Notes: generated from the sequence alone by a model not told the origin. DNA of 64,000 nucleotides from Cyclobacteriaceae bacterium (GCA_965243755.1 CBDEVW010000004.1:272053-336052), one strand, 5' to 3'. Counted from the stretch's first letter, positions 9,942 to 19,165 are shown. Translations and numbers: made by a program.

Positions 9942-11300
9942 TTAGTAAGAAGGATTCTGGATCAATGTCCCGTCAGTGATATTGATCTCTCTTTGTGGAA
10001 TTGGAAAGATGCGCCTGAAGGATTCTAACCCTCTGGTTGATTCCAACCGGTCAAGTCGCACCAAATCAAACCAGTAATGCCCCTCAAAAGCAAACTCTGC
10101 TCTTCGTTCATTCAGGAGAACATCAATTAACTGGCTCTCAGAAGCAACATTTGCAGCGGTCAAACTCGTCAGGCCTGCCCGGTTCCTGATTGTATTGATG
10201 TCTGGAAGCGCATCGGCTGGTGTACCTCCACTCATCATCGCTCTTGCTTCCCCTCTTATAAGATACATTTCTGATAACCTGAGCAAAATGGTATTACCAC
10301 CTTCATCTGCAGGTTCGCTTCCATATTTGGTACACCGTATAAAATTCCCAACTTGCTGGAACAATTGGCCTCTTTCAGCCTCATTGCTGCTCACAGGATC
10401 GAGAAATGATATGAGGTCTGTACTTACGGTTACTTCTGGTGGAGAAATGTACATTTCGATAGCCCACGCACTTGGGTCTTCGAGTGCAATAAAATTCAGC
10501 TCGAATATGGACTCTGCACTGCCTTCTGAAAGGTAAATTTCATTGTAGTCTTCGCTTAGACTATAACTGGAATTATTAATCACCTCGGTAGCTAGTTGTT
10601 CAGCTTCCTGGTATTCACGCTGATACAAATGGACCCTTGCCTTAAGTGCCTGAGCCGCTCCGGAAGAGGCGAAGAATTTGTCTCCATGACTTTCCAGTAA
10701 CTGAATGGCAAGATCCAGATCACTTTCTATTTGTGCATATGATAGGGATACGGTACTTCTTGCCGTTTCCTGAATACTCGATGAGGGGGTCAATGGCAGT
10801 GGAATACCGTAAGCAGAACCACCATCAAAGAATTCACCATATTGCCGGAGGGCATCAAAAAATGCCAGACTTCTCAGAAAGTATGCTGTGCCCAATAATC
10901 TATTTTCATCAGAAGCATCAAGGTCCAGTCCAGGTACTTTTTCAATGACACTGTTTGCAACATTTACCACATCGTATATTGCTACCCAGTTGTCCTGAAT
11001 ATGGAAATTGGATGTAGGCACTATACCAGTCTCCAGTTCTTTCCAAAACTGTTGAAATGCTGCCGCCCTACCATTTCCAGCTGCCATCTCTGTGGCCATA
11101 ATGAAGCGACCACCATAATAGTCACCATCTTGCAGGGCATTGTAGATTCCTATTACTGCGGCTTCAGCCGTTTGAAGATCCACAATAGCATTCTCATTGG
11201 AAATTAAAGTGGGAGGTTCCTGGTCGAGTAAGTCACATGCCGGAACTAACCATACCAGCATTACCATTGCAATTAGCGTATTTCTTGTTTGCTTTTTCAT
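9942..11300 (-). CDS. susD: SusD/RagB-family outer-membrane nutrient-binding lipoprotein
   Basis: Lies immediately downstream of SusC. Lipobox LVPAC. C-terminal ERRAEFAFEGHYWFDLVR motif typical of SusD-like proteins. The ATG at 11300 (MKKQTRN) is preferred over the track's TTG at 11324, which would overlap susC. Confidence 0.9.
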   Translation of the reverse strand: MKKQTRNTLIAMVMLVWLVPACDLLDQEPPTLISNENAIVDLQTAEAAVIGIYNALQDGDYYGGRFIMATEMAAGNGRAAAFQQFWKELETGIVPTSNFHIQDNWVAIYDVVNVANSVIEKVPGLDLDASDENRLLGTAYFLRSLAFFDALRQYGEFFDGGSAYGIPLPLTPSSSIQETARSTVSLSYAQIESDLDLAIQLLESHGDKFFASSGAAQALKARVHLYQREYQEAEQLATEVINNSSYSLSEDYNEIYLSEGSAESIFELNFIALEDPSAWAIEMYISPPEVTVSTDLISFLDPVSSNEAERGQLFQQVGNFIRCTKYGSEPADEGGNTILLRLSEMYLIRGEARAMMSGGTPADALPDINTIRNRAGLTSLTAANVASESQLIDVLLNERRAEFAFEGHYWFDLVRLDRLESTRGLESFRRIFPIPQREINITDGTLIQNPSY

Positions 11301-11313
11301 GATTGGTTCCATT

Positions 11314-14300
11314 TTAAAATTCAAAGTTTAACCCTACTGAATATGTTCTGGCTTGTCCCAGTGTACCAAAGTCTTCGCCTTGAAGTGTGTTGAGTGATTC
11401 ACCACTGCTGGTATTGGTACTTACTTCCGGATCAAAACCCAGGTAGTCGGTCCATGTGAGCAGGTTTTGTCCCTGGGCAAATATCATGGCATTTGACAGT
11501 TTGAGTTTTTGCAGGAGGGCAGCAGGAAGTCGATATGTAAGCTTCACATTTTTAAGTCTCACAAAGTCCCCATCCTCCAGGTATTGTGTGCTAAACCTCT
11601 GCCATTGTAATTGAGGGTTACCGGCATCTTCCGGCCCAACCATAGAAGGTCTTGGAATTTGAGTGATGTCACCGGGTTCACGCCAATAGTCTAAACTTCT
11701 TCTGGTTTGATTTCCATAAGGGATACCACTTCTCGTAGTACCATAATTTTCATAAGCATGACGGCTTTGATTAAAAATTTTATTGCCGCCACTGAATTGA
11801 AAGAAGACCGCTAGCGAGAGGTTTTTATAACTAAAAGTATTCGTGAATCCTCCAAAATAGGAGGGTAGTCCCGATCCCACCGCCTGGCGATCATCCAGGT
11901 TGATCAGGCCATCGCTGTTGATGTCTTCAAATACGGCATCTCCTGTTGTTGGGTCAACTCCCAGAAATTTGATCAAATAAAGCTGGCTCAGCGATTCATC
12001 TTCCAGAAGAATGAAATTTCTACTTAAAATTTGCCCATGATTCAGCACATCAACTACTCTATTTTGTAGTGTGGTGAAATTAATTCCTGTTGTCCATTGG
12101 AATTCTTTCCCGGAAATATTCTGGCTGTTGATGGCCAACTCAAATCCTTCATTTTCTATTTCTCCAATGTTGGAGGTGGTGCTGAAGAAACCCAGTGTTC
12201 CGGGCACATCTACATCCATAAGCAGATTAGTAGTGTTTTTCTTAAAATAATCTGCGACAATACTGACTTTGTTAAATAGAGACAGGTCTATTCCGACATC
12301 CAACTGAGCAGTTTGCTCCCAGCCTAATTTAGGATTACCCAGAACAGATGGGTTGGATCCTCCAATTCCATTGTATGAAGAAGCACCCCACAAGCCCTGC
12401 CAGGTGTAGTTTCCAATTTCAGCATTTCCAACCAGGCCGTAGCTGGCACGTAGTTTTCCATCTGAGAATATATTTCGAATGCCTTCAAAGAATGCCTCGT
12501 TGGAGAACCGCCATCCGATGGACCCAGAAGGCAACAACGCATAGCGATTGTCTGGTCCAAATCTTGATGACCCATCCATTCGTACAGATCCCTGAATCAA
12601 ATACTTTCCCTGAAAATCGTAGGTAACCCTTCCAAGGTAGGATAAAAATCCATAGGCGGTGGCACTTGAAGTACCAGTAGTGTTTGCTGCTGCACCAATT
12701 TTAATGATTTGATTATTGGGGAAGCCATTACCTGAAATCTCGGAAAGATCCATTTGAGATTCCTGAAAGCTAAAGCCACCTAAAATATTGAAATGGTGAT
12801 CCTCACCAATGGTGGTCGCATAGGTCAAGGTGTTTTCATTGATCCATACCAACTCCTCCAAAGTAGCGAATATGCCAGCGCCAGTAGGGGCCTCATTACT
12901 GCCTACAGGAACAAATGATTCCTCCATTAAGGAGTTGTAATCAGCTGACCAGGTAGTCTTAAAAGTAAGGTTGTTCAGGATCTCCCATTCCACATAGGTG
13001 GAGGCAAGAATTCTGTTAGATGCAGAATTATTCACATATTGTTCAGCAATGTATAAGGGGTTTTCCAATGCCCACCAGCCATTATATGAAAATGGGTTAG
13101 TGTAGGTGCCATCATCATTTTTTAGTGGAGCGGTTGGATCCCACGCCTGTGCATTGACTACTACACCATATTCATCATTTTCGTTGATAGTTCGTTGATG
13201 GACACCTCGGGTAAGTAAGACATTCGTCCCAACTCCAACTTTCTCATTTAGAGAGTGATCAAGCCTCAAACGGGTACTGAATCGTTCAAACGCCTGGCCC
13301 AACTGTATGCCTTTTTGGTCAAAATAGTTGCCGGAAATCACGTATCTGGTACTCTCATTTCCTCCTGAAAGGCTGAGGTCAACATTTTGGGTAATTCCAG
13401 TTCTGAATATTTCATCATACACATTATGATTGGGAAGGTTTGGATCATTTGGATCTCCCAACACATCATTCCAATAATTTTCGCCTAACCCATCAAATGC
13501 AGCTGCTGCGTTCATGAACTGTATCCATTCACTTGAACTCATCATTTCAGGGGTATTGCTTATTTCTGATACTCCCATGCTATAGCCTACATTGACTTTG
13601 GTTTTGCCAACCTGTCCACTTTTGGTTGTGATGATAATTACTCCATTAGCACCCCGTGTACCATAAATTGCCGCGGCGCTGGCATCCTTCAATACTGAAA
13701 TAGATTCAATTTCATTTGGATTGATATTAGCCAATGGGTTAATGGGTTGAATATTGCTATTCAGAGCAGACTGATTGCCAGTAAGAATCGGTATGCCATC
13801 CACAACGATCAAGGGTTGGCTACTGGCACCAATAGAGGTTACACCACGGATATTCAAATTGAATGCAGAACCAGGTGTGGCAGACGCGCTTCCAATATAA
13901 ACACCTGACAATTTGCCCTGTATCGCACCATCGAAACTGTAGGTTGCTGCTACATTAGCTACATCTTCATTATCGACACTTGCTATTGAGCTGGTAATGT
14001 CACGTTTCTTTTGTGTGCCATATCCCACAACTACGATTTCATCTAATTCTGTTACATCTTCAGATAGGGTGACATTCAGTATATCCCCGGTGATGTTCAA
14101 TTCATTGGAGACATATCCAACAAATGAAAAAATCAGTACAGAGGAATCATCCGTCACTTCAAGCTTGTATTGACCATCGAAATCTGTGATCGTCCCTTTT
14201 GAAGTTCCTTTGATGACTATGCTTACCCCGGGTAGCGGCTCTCCCTTTTCATCGGTCACCTGGCCAGATACAATTGTCTGGGCCCATCCGGTAGTTGCTG

Positions 14301-14340
14301 TCAGTAATAACAGCAGGTTAAGTAATAGTTTTATTTTCAT
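11314..14340 (-). CDS. susC: SusC/RagA-family TonB-linked outer-membrane transporter
   Basis: 1008 aa. Signal peptide, then a carboxypeptidase-regulatory-like domain (VSGQVTDEKGEPLPGVSIVIKGTSKGTITDFDGQYKL). Plug region (VVVGYGTQKKRDITSSI; ISVLKDASAAAIYGTRGANGVIIITTK). Beta-barrel ends in YSVGLNFEF. Confidence 0.95.
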   Translation of the reverse strand: MKIKLLLNLLLLLTATTGWAQTIVSGQVTDEKGEPLPGVSIVIKGTSKGTITDFDGQYKLEVTDDSSVLIFSFVGYVSNELNITGDILNVTLSEDVTELDEIVVVGYGTQKKRDITSSIASVDNEDVANVAATYSFDGAIQGKLSGVYIGSASATPGSAFNLNIRGVTSIGASSQPLIVVDGIPILTGNQSALNSNIQPINPLANINPNEIESISVLKDASAAAIYGTRGANGVIIITTKSGQVGKTKVNVGYSMGVSEISNTPEMMSSSEWIQFMNAAAAFDGLGENYWNDVLGDPNDPNLPNHNVYDEIFRTGITQNVDLSLSGGNESTRYVISGNYFDQKGIQLGQAFERFSTRLRLDHSLNEKVGVGTNVLLTRGVHQRTINENDEYGVVVNAQAWDPTAPLKNDDGTYTNPFSYNGWWALENPLYIAEQYVNNSASNRILASTYVEWEILNNLTFKTTWSADYNSLMEESFVPVGSNEAPTGAGIFATLEELVWINENTLTYATTIGEDHHFNILGGFSFQESQMDLSEISGNGFPNNQIIKIGAAANTTGTSSATAYGFLSYLGRVTYDFQGKYLIQGSVRMDGSSRFGPDNRYALLPSGSIGWRFSNEAFFEGIRNIFSDGKLRASYGLVGNAEIGNYTWQGLWGASSYNGIGGSNPSVLGNPKLGWEQTAQLDVGIDLSLFNKVSIVADYFKKNTTNLLMDVDVPGTLGFFSTTSNIGEIENEGFELAINSQNISGKEFQWTTGINFTTLQNRVVDVLNHGQILSRNFILLEDESLSQLYLIKFLGVDPTTGDAVFEDINSDGLINLDDRQAVGSGLPSYFGGFTNTFSYKNLSLAVFFQFSGGNKIFNQSRHAYENYGTTRSGIPYGNQTRRSLDYWREPGDITQIPRPSMVGPEDAGNPQLQWQRFSTQYLEDGDFVRLKNVKLTYRLPAALLQKLKLSNAMIFAQGQNLLTWTDYLGFDPEVSTNTSSGESLNTLQGEDFGTLGQARTYSVGLNFEF

Positions 14341-14434
14341 GCTTGGTATAATTTAAATTTCAATTGAGCAGCCAGTGAGTAGCTACTTTTAATAGTGGTC
14401 GCTCCGGGTAAGGAGCTGACGTCATTGAAAGATA

Positions 14435-14462
14435 CCTAGCAATCGAAGATAGGCTGCAGGTT
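14435..14462 (-). promoter_or_regulatory. Conserved 28-nt intergenic motif, copy 1 (94 nt upstream of susC start)
   Basis: CCTAGCAATCGAAGATAGGCTGCAGGTT, 24/28 identical to copy 3. Its 3' part (GGCTGCA, 14452-14458) pairs with TGCAGCC at 14481-14487. Confidence 0.55.
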
Positions 14463-14529
14463 CATTAAACCCAGTGATTTTGCAGCCTGAAGCAGAATGA
14501 TTTTAGTTTTAGCGCCTAACATCTTTACA

Positions 14530-16494
14530 TTAATTAAAATATAGTTTTTGAGTAAACATATATTGTTGATCCTGGTCTTTGATCACCAGTATTTTCAATC
14601 CGGAGATAAGAAGTTGATCGGTTATTTCCAGATTGCCATTAATCTGCTGCATGCTCACGCATCGACCGGTAAGGTCAAAGAGCTGCACTTGTAAATTTTT
14701 ACTATTCGGGTTGTTGATGAAAAGTCCTTTACCCGTGTTAATAATTTCTATCTGTAAATGTTTCCCGGATTTTGTGATCGTTGAGGGGATTTCCAGCTCA
14801 TAGTCAGGGTCATCTGTTGGAACTGGAGTCCCAATATCAAAGGTGCTTGTCCCTACCATAACCTGATATGTAAACCGGTCATAAGCGACGACATTTCTTA
14901 CGGTACTAAAATCGTGTCGGGAGCTTTCGTTATTTATAAGTAAAGTGGGCAGATCTCCATATGTCTGAAGCATGTTCCTGCCATTCAACTGACCCAATTT
15001 CACATAGCTTCCTTCCATTAAGTAAAGTCCATATTTCAGTGATTGTTGGGCCATCATAAATGGAATGGAAGAAGTTGTGTTTTCATAATATTCCGTGGTT
15101 GACCGATCAATAGTATTGGGCATTACGGCAGTAGTTTTCAGCAAACCGAGCCCTTCTCGAAAATCCAGCCGGTTCCTGTAGGATGCTGCCGGATCCGTCA
15201 GATGGTTGGTCACGAAGACCGGGCCGGAAAAACGGCTGTCCTGTCCCATAAACCCAATGATCATTTCATTTCTGAACAAATGACTGTGTAGTAGTTCGCC
15301 TGTAGGTCCACCTTCTAAAAAGGAAAATAACTGATCATCATTATTTCCGACAAACAATACTTTTCTCGACTGACGAATATTGTTTCTGATTGAAATACTA
15401 TCCACATGATTATAAGTGTCCAGAGTAGGAAGCACGGTGACATGGGGAGCACCATAGTTGTGAAGCCTGCTTTTGATGGCATTTGCGGTTGATGTAACTC
15501 CGGACACAATAACTATTGCCTCCGACGACTCATGCTCATTGACAAATGCTTCTAAAAAATTGAGGTTATCGCCAATTTCATCATTTCCGCTTAGCAATAA
15601 GGTGTAATTACCATTTTCTTCGATTTGCGTTACCTCGGTATTTAATGCAGGCGCTGAAATAATTTCGAAATTGAGGAGATTGAATGACTGACCATCGGTT
15701 AGCGAAAAAACATTCAACGAGTCAGATGTAAAAGTGTGGGCTTCCCTGGTAAATGAGGAAGGGGTAATTACAGTAACTGCACCAGTCCCATAAACTTGTC
15801 CTACGTTATTACTATCGATACATAATGCGGTTTGATCGTCCACTCCAATTCCACCAATAGAGGCTCCATTATTGAAATCCCAATGGGCCATGAACGCCAT
15901 TAGTCGGAAAATTCTTCCTCTTTCAATGAAATGGGTGTCAAAAATGTAATCTGGTTGAAGGTTAAGAAAATCTTTTTTGAGATTGAAAAGTGGAGAGGTA
16001 ATGTCCACTAAACCATCATCCGGATAAACAGAACCATTGGATGCTGTAAACACCACCTGGGATAGTATTGCCATACCTGCAGACGTTCCACCAATGACTC
16101 CACCATCATTGAACTTTTGGGTGATAATATCCATGAGGTTGGTTCCTTTGTACGTCTCATAATAATTCGACTGGTCGCCACCTTTGAAAAAGAAAAAATC
16201 AAATTCTAATAATTCATTTTCCAGTGCTTGCGAGTTCGCATATTCACTGGAATTGATCTGAAAGTTTGTGGCCTCTGATGCGCCAAGGGATATGAAATAC
16301 TCGGGAAGGTCTTCGGTTTCACTGTTGAAACTAATAATGGCTACTTTGTGATTGGCAGCTTGCTCAATGCCCCAGGAGTACGGAGTATCACTCCATGATC
16401 CCTCAGCACCACCGCCAACAAGTAACAACTTTCCCTGTCCAAACAACAGGTTTGAAAAGAATAAACCAAAAAGTAATAAATAGATTTTTTGCAT
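14530..16494 (-). CDS. Secreted tandem peptidase-S51 (cyanophycinase-like) protein with putative T9SS C-terminal sorting domain
   Basis: 654 aa with a signal peptide. The first S51 module is intact (LLLVGGGAEGS, FFFKGGDQSNYY, GGTSAGMAILS, FDTHFIERGRIFRL). The second module has the same motif order but degenerate residues (LLLSGNDE, LFVGNNDDQ, GFMGQDSRFSG). The last ~75 aa (..NNPNSKNLQVQLFDLTGRCV..SGLKILVIKDQ..QKLYFN) resemble a Por-secretion tail. Confidence 0.8.
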   Translation of the reverse strand: MQKIYLLLFGLFFSNLLFGQGKLLLVGGGAEGSWSDTPYSWGIEQAANHKVAIISFNSETEDLPEYFISLGASEATNFQINSSEYANSQALENELLEFDFFFFKGGDQSNYYETYKGTNLMDIITQKFNDGGVIGGTSAGMAILSQVVFTASNGSVYPDDGLVDITSPLFNLKKDFLNLQPDYIFDTHFIERGRIFRLMAFMAHWDFNNGASIGGIGVDDQTALCIDSNNVGQVYGTGAVTVITPSSFTREAHTFTSDSLNVFSLTDGQSFNLLNFEIISAPALNTEVTQIEENGNYTLLLSGNDEIGDNLNFLEAFVNEHESSEAIVIVSGVTSTANAIKSRLHNYGAPHVTVLPTLDTYNHVDSISIRNNIRQSRKVLFVGNNDDQLFSFLEGGPTGELLHSHLFRNEMIIGFMGQDSRFSGPVFVTNHLTDPAASYRNRLDFREGLGLLKTTAVMPNTIDRSTTEYYENTTSSIPFMMAQQSLKYGLYLMEGSYVKLGQLNGRNMLQTYGDLPTLLINNESSRHDFSTVRNVVAYDRFTYQVMVGTSTFDIGTPVPTDDPDYELEIPSTITKSGKHLQIEIINTGKGLFINNPNSKNLQVQLFDLTGRCVSMQQINGNLEITDQLLISGLKILVIKDQDQQYMFTQKLYFN

Positions 16495-16541
16495 CGTAGT
16501 AACAATATAAAGTAGATAAATATCCGGACTTTATAGTGTTT

Positions 16542-16569
16542 ACTAGCAGTTGAAAATGGGTTGAAGATT
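16542..16569 (-). promoter_or_regulatory. Conserved 28-nt intergenic motif, copy 2 (47 nt upstream of the tandem-S51 gene start)
   Basis: ACTAGCAGTTGAAAATGGGTTGAAGATT, 23/28 identical to copy 3. Confidence 0.55.
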
Positions 16570-16733
16570 TTGCAATGAAAGGGACTTTACATAGGAGATT
16601 TTGCCTATGAAAACACTAAGAGGTTTGTATGTTAGTTGTCCGTTCATTACATGAATATGACCCTAATATTAAGAGGAATTCTGGAAAAATAAAATTTTTT
16701 GCAATGAATAATATCGGATGAAGAGGTGGAAAT

Positions 16734-16775
16734 GAAACCGTGAATCATGGTTTTTAAGTCATAAATCACGGTTTC
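16734..16775 (-). terminator. Hairpin downstream of S51 lipoprotein gene (possible terminator/attenuator)
   Basis: Perfect 10-nt inverted repeat GAAACCGTGA (16734-16743) / TCACGGTTTC (16766-16775) with a 22-nt loop, 8 nt past the stop at 16783. The T tract on the minus strand is weak. Confidence 0.4.
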
Positions 16776-16782
16776 AGCTGTT

Positions 16783-17835
16783 TTAATTGGTCCTAAATCT
16801 TCCTCTGTCCACATAAAAATACTCCCATGATCCACCACTGCCGGAATTCCAGTTGGTCAGCCAGAAATACCTGGATCCGCTGGTGTTTGCCAGAATTTTG
16901 TACACCTTAACGGCTTGTCTGTTTCTATACCAGTCCAGTTTTTGGCCTGGAGAACAAACTTCAGGACCCTGATTGTTCTGTTGCAGGAAAAAGGCATACC
17001 CATAGCCATATATAGAAGCTTTTCCATTACTATCGATACAAACAGCGGTTTCTTCATCCACTCCGATCCCCTTAGCTGACCACCCCCAATCAGTATTTGC
17101 TCTGGCAAGAAAGGCCATATGTCTGCCTCTTCTGTCCGGGTTGTCGTAGTGTGTGTCTGTGATGGTGTTACCCAGGTATGGGTTGTTCAGGAAATCACTT
17201 CCTCCAAGTGTGAGGTAGTGGTTATAGGGATTTCGTAATGCTTCTCTGGACCTAATGGTGCCATTTTCCGCACTAAAATAACCTTCACCCTGAATGGCAC
17301 ACCCGGCACTTGTACCTCCAATTGGTACGTTTTTAGTGTTTCTTAAGTAATTAATGGCATCTTCCACTTTGGTGTTTTTCCAGTAATTCACATAATCCCA
17401 CTGATCGCCTCCGGCAATGAAAAGCGCCTCTGCATCCCTGATGGTTTGTTCCACCTGGGAGTTATTGGCGAGACTTCTGCTATCAATAAGCAATGTTTCT
17501 ACAGAATTGGCATTGCCCAGGTCATAGATGTACTGATTATATCCGGTCCCACCAGATGCCCGAATGACTACAAAGTCACCACCCCCGGCTTTGTTGAGCA
17601 TCCATTCTATGGCTTCATCCACATCGGGACCACCACCCATTAAAACTGTCCCTCCGGAAGTGGAAGTATTGACATCCTGCGTGCTACCAACGATCCCTAT
17701 GGATGCTGGTGAACTACCACCTGCGGCCGACGGAACTTCCGGCAGCTGATCAGTAGTAGAGAGCTCCTCCTGACATGCTGAAAACAGCAGTACAGCAATT
17801 AGTGAAAACAAAGGTTTTCTGATTGAATTGTACAT
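16783..17835 (-). CDS. Peptidase S51 (cyanophycinase-like) lipoprotein
   Basis: 350 aa with lipobox LFSAC followed by QEEL. Motifs: VLMGGGPDVDEA, FIAGGDQWDYV, GGTSAGCAIQ, TDTHYDNPDRRGRHMAFL. Confidence 0.8.
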   Translation of the reverse strand: MYNSIRKPLFSLIAVLLFSACQEELSTTDQLPEVPSAAGGSSPASIGIVGSTQDVNTSTSGGTVLMGGGPDVDEAIEWMLNKAGGGDFVVIRASGGTGYNQYIYDLGNANSVETLLIDSRSLANNSQVEQTIRDAEALFIAGGDQWDYVNYWKNTKVEDAINYLRNTKNVPIGGTSAGCAIQGEGYFSAENGTIRSREALRNPYNHYLTLGGSDFLNNPYLGNTITDTHYDNPDRRGRHMAFLARANTDWGWSAKGIGVDEETAVCIDSNGKASIYGYGYAFFLQQNNQGPEVCSPGQKLDWYRNRQAVKVYKILANTSGSRYFWLTNWNSGSGGSWEYFYVDRGRFRTN

Positions 17836-17975
17836 AATTACAATGTTTGGTTAGAAATAGATTGCAAAAAAGATGGGCTTCAAATCCCGGTTTGGAATTC
17901 GATAATATGAGACTTCCAACAAGACAGCTTTAGTTGCCTGTTTTACTTAGTGGATATGAAGCTTTATGGAGATGT

Positions 17976-18003
17976 CCTAGCAGTTGAAAATTGGCTGCAG
18001 GTT
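17976..18003 (-). promoter_or_regulatory. Conserved 28-nt intergenic motif, copy 3 (140 nt upstream of S51 lipoprotein gene start)
   Basis: CCTAGCAGTTGAAAATTGGCTGCAGGTT. The left flank (CTTTATGGAGATGT) also resembles the flank of copy 2 (CTTTATAGTGTTTA). Confidence 0.55.
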
Positions 18004-18219
18004 TCTGAGATGTACTGGTTTTACAGGCGTAGCAAAGACATGCTTAAGAGTGCCTGAATATGTAGATATGGTACATTCCATGTGTGGAATATAAGACGCC
18101 TAAAAAATTAAACCAAACAAAGTACCGAAAAATCCTGTCAATAAGAATAATATTTTGATATAATTAATAATTCAGAATAATATACCTTACAAGAACTAAG
18201 TTGGGCTAGGAAATATAAA

Positions 18220-18244
18220 AGGTGACTATCAGAAATAGTCACCT
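18220..18244 (-). terminator. Intrinsic terminator after the IscA-like gene
   Basis: AGGTGACTAT-CAGAA-ATAGTCACCT 20 nt past the stop (18264), followed on the minus strand by TTTTATATTT. Confidence 0.6.
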
Positions 18245-18263
18245 TCATATCTATTGAATAAGT

Positions 18264-18599
18264 TTAAATTGAGAAGCTTTCTCCACAACCACAGGTCCTG
18301 GAGGCATTGGGGTTGATGAATTGAAAGCCTTTTCCGTTGAGGCCATCGGAGAAGTCGAGGGTTGTCCCTAACAGATAGAGGAGGCTTTTTTTATCTACTA
18401 TGACCTTTACTCCTTTATCTTCAAATACATCATCAGCATCAGTGATCTTGTCATCAAATTCCAGGTCATACATTAATCCTGAGCAACCTCCACCTTTCAC
18501 AGCCACGCGAACATTGTGTTGATCACTGTGGCCTTCTTCTGTACGCAGTTCGAATAATCTCTCTTTAGCTTTTTCTGTGACGTTAATCATGGCTTTCAA
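18264..18599 (-). CDS. HesB/IscA-family iron-sulfur cluster insertion protein
   Basis: 111 aa with GGGCSG and the C-terminal CGCGESF cysteine ligands. Confidence 0.9.
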   Translation of the reverse strand: MKAMINVTEKAKERLFELRTEEGHSDQHNVRVAVKGGGCSGLMYDLEFDDKITDADDVFEDKGVKVIVDKKSLLYLLGTTLDFSDGLNGKGFQFINPNASRTCGCGESFSI

Positions 18600-18600
18600 A

Positions 18601-19008
18601 TTAGGCTATTGGGTTCAATACAACACTAAATACGGTAATACCATTGACATCTCTGCCATAGTATAATTTATCAAGCGCATCGTACATGTTTTTGGCTCGG
18701 AAATAAGAAGTCTGTAATTCCTTCATGCCTTTCACCATCCACTGAATTGTAAAAGAACCTTCTTTATCCTGATGATTCTTTACATAATCCAACAATTTAT
18801 TGAGTGCATCGGTCTTATCAAATCCTAATACAGATTGAAACAGGAATGACTGATTGTGCCTTGGGTTTATTGTAATTAAATCCAATTTCACTTTTCCATC
18901 AACGGTTGCATACTCAAATACAACTTCCTCGTCCCGCAATCCCAGAAATTTTTTTATTTCATTTTGGATCCTTGCTGCTTCAACATGTACATCTGTTCTT
19001 AATTCCAT
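18601..19008 (-). CDS. Hypothetical protein
   Basis: 135-aa track ORF with a 1-nt gap to the downstream IscA-like gene, suggesting co-transcription. No family recognised. Confidence 0.55.
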   Translation of the reverse strand: MELRTDVHVEAARIQNEIKKFLGLRDEEVVFEYATVDGKVKLDLITINPRHNQSFLFQSVLGFDKTDALNKLLDYVKNHQDKEGSFTIQWMVKGMKELQTSYFRAKNMYDALDKLYYGRDVNGITVFSVVLNPIA

Positions 19009-19165
19009 AGTAAAGGGTTTTTAAACGGTCTTAATTCAACAATCAAGTTTGGGATTGCGAAGAATAACCACCCAACGAGTTATTCATCATTGGAACCTTT
19101 CGGCTTCACGAAAAGTTTCCGCATTTTTGCGAAATTAAAGAATTGTGAAGAAATAATTCTAAAAT

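Noticed and set aside
14341-14529. Possible riboswitch (e.g. cobalamin) in the 189-nt susC leader, which contains several hairpins (GGCTGCA/TGCAGCC, GCTCC/GGAGC, palindrome AGTAGCTACT)
   Set aside because: I could not recognise any known riboswitch core (no B12 box or similar). Part of the structure may simply terminate the upstream S51 gene. Only the 28-nt conserved motif is reported.
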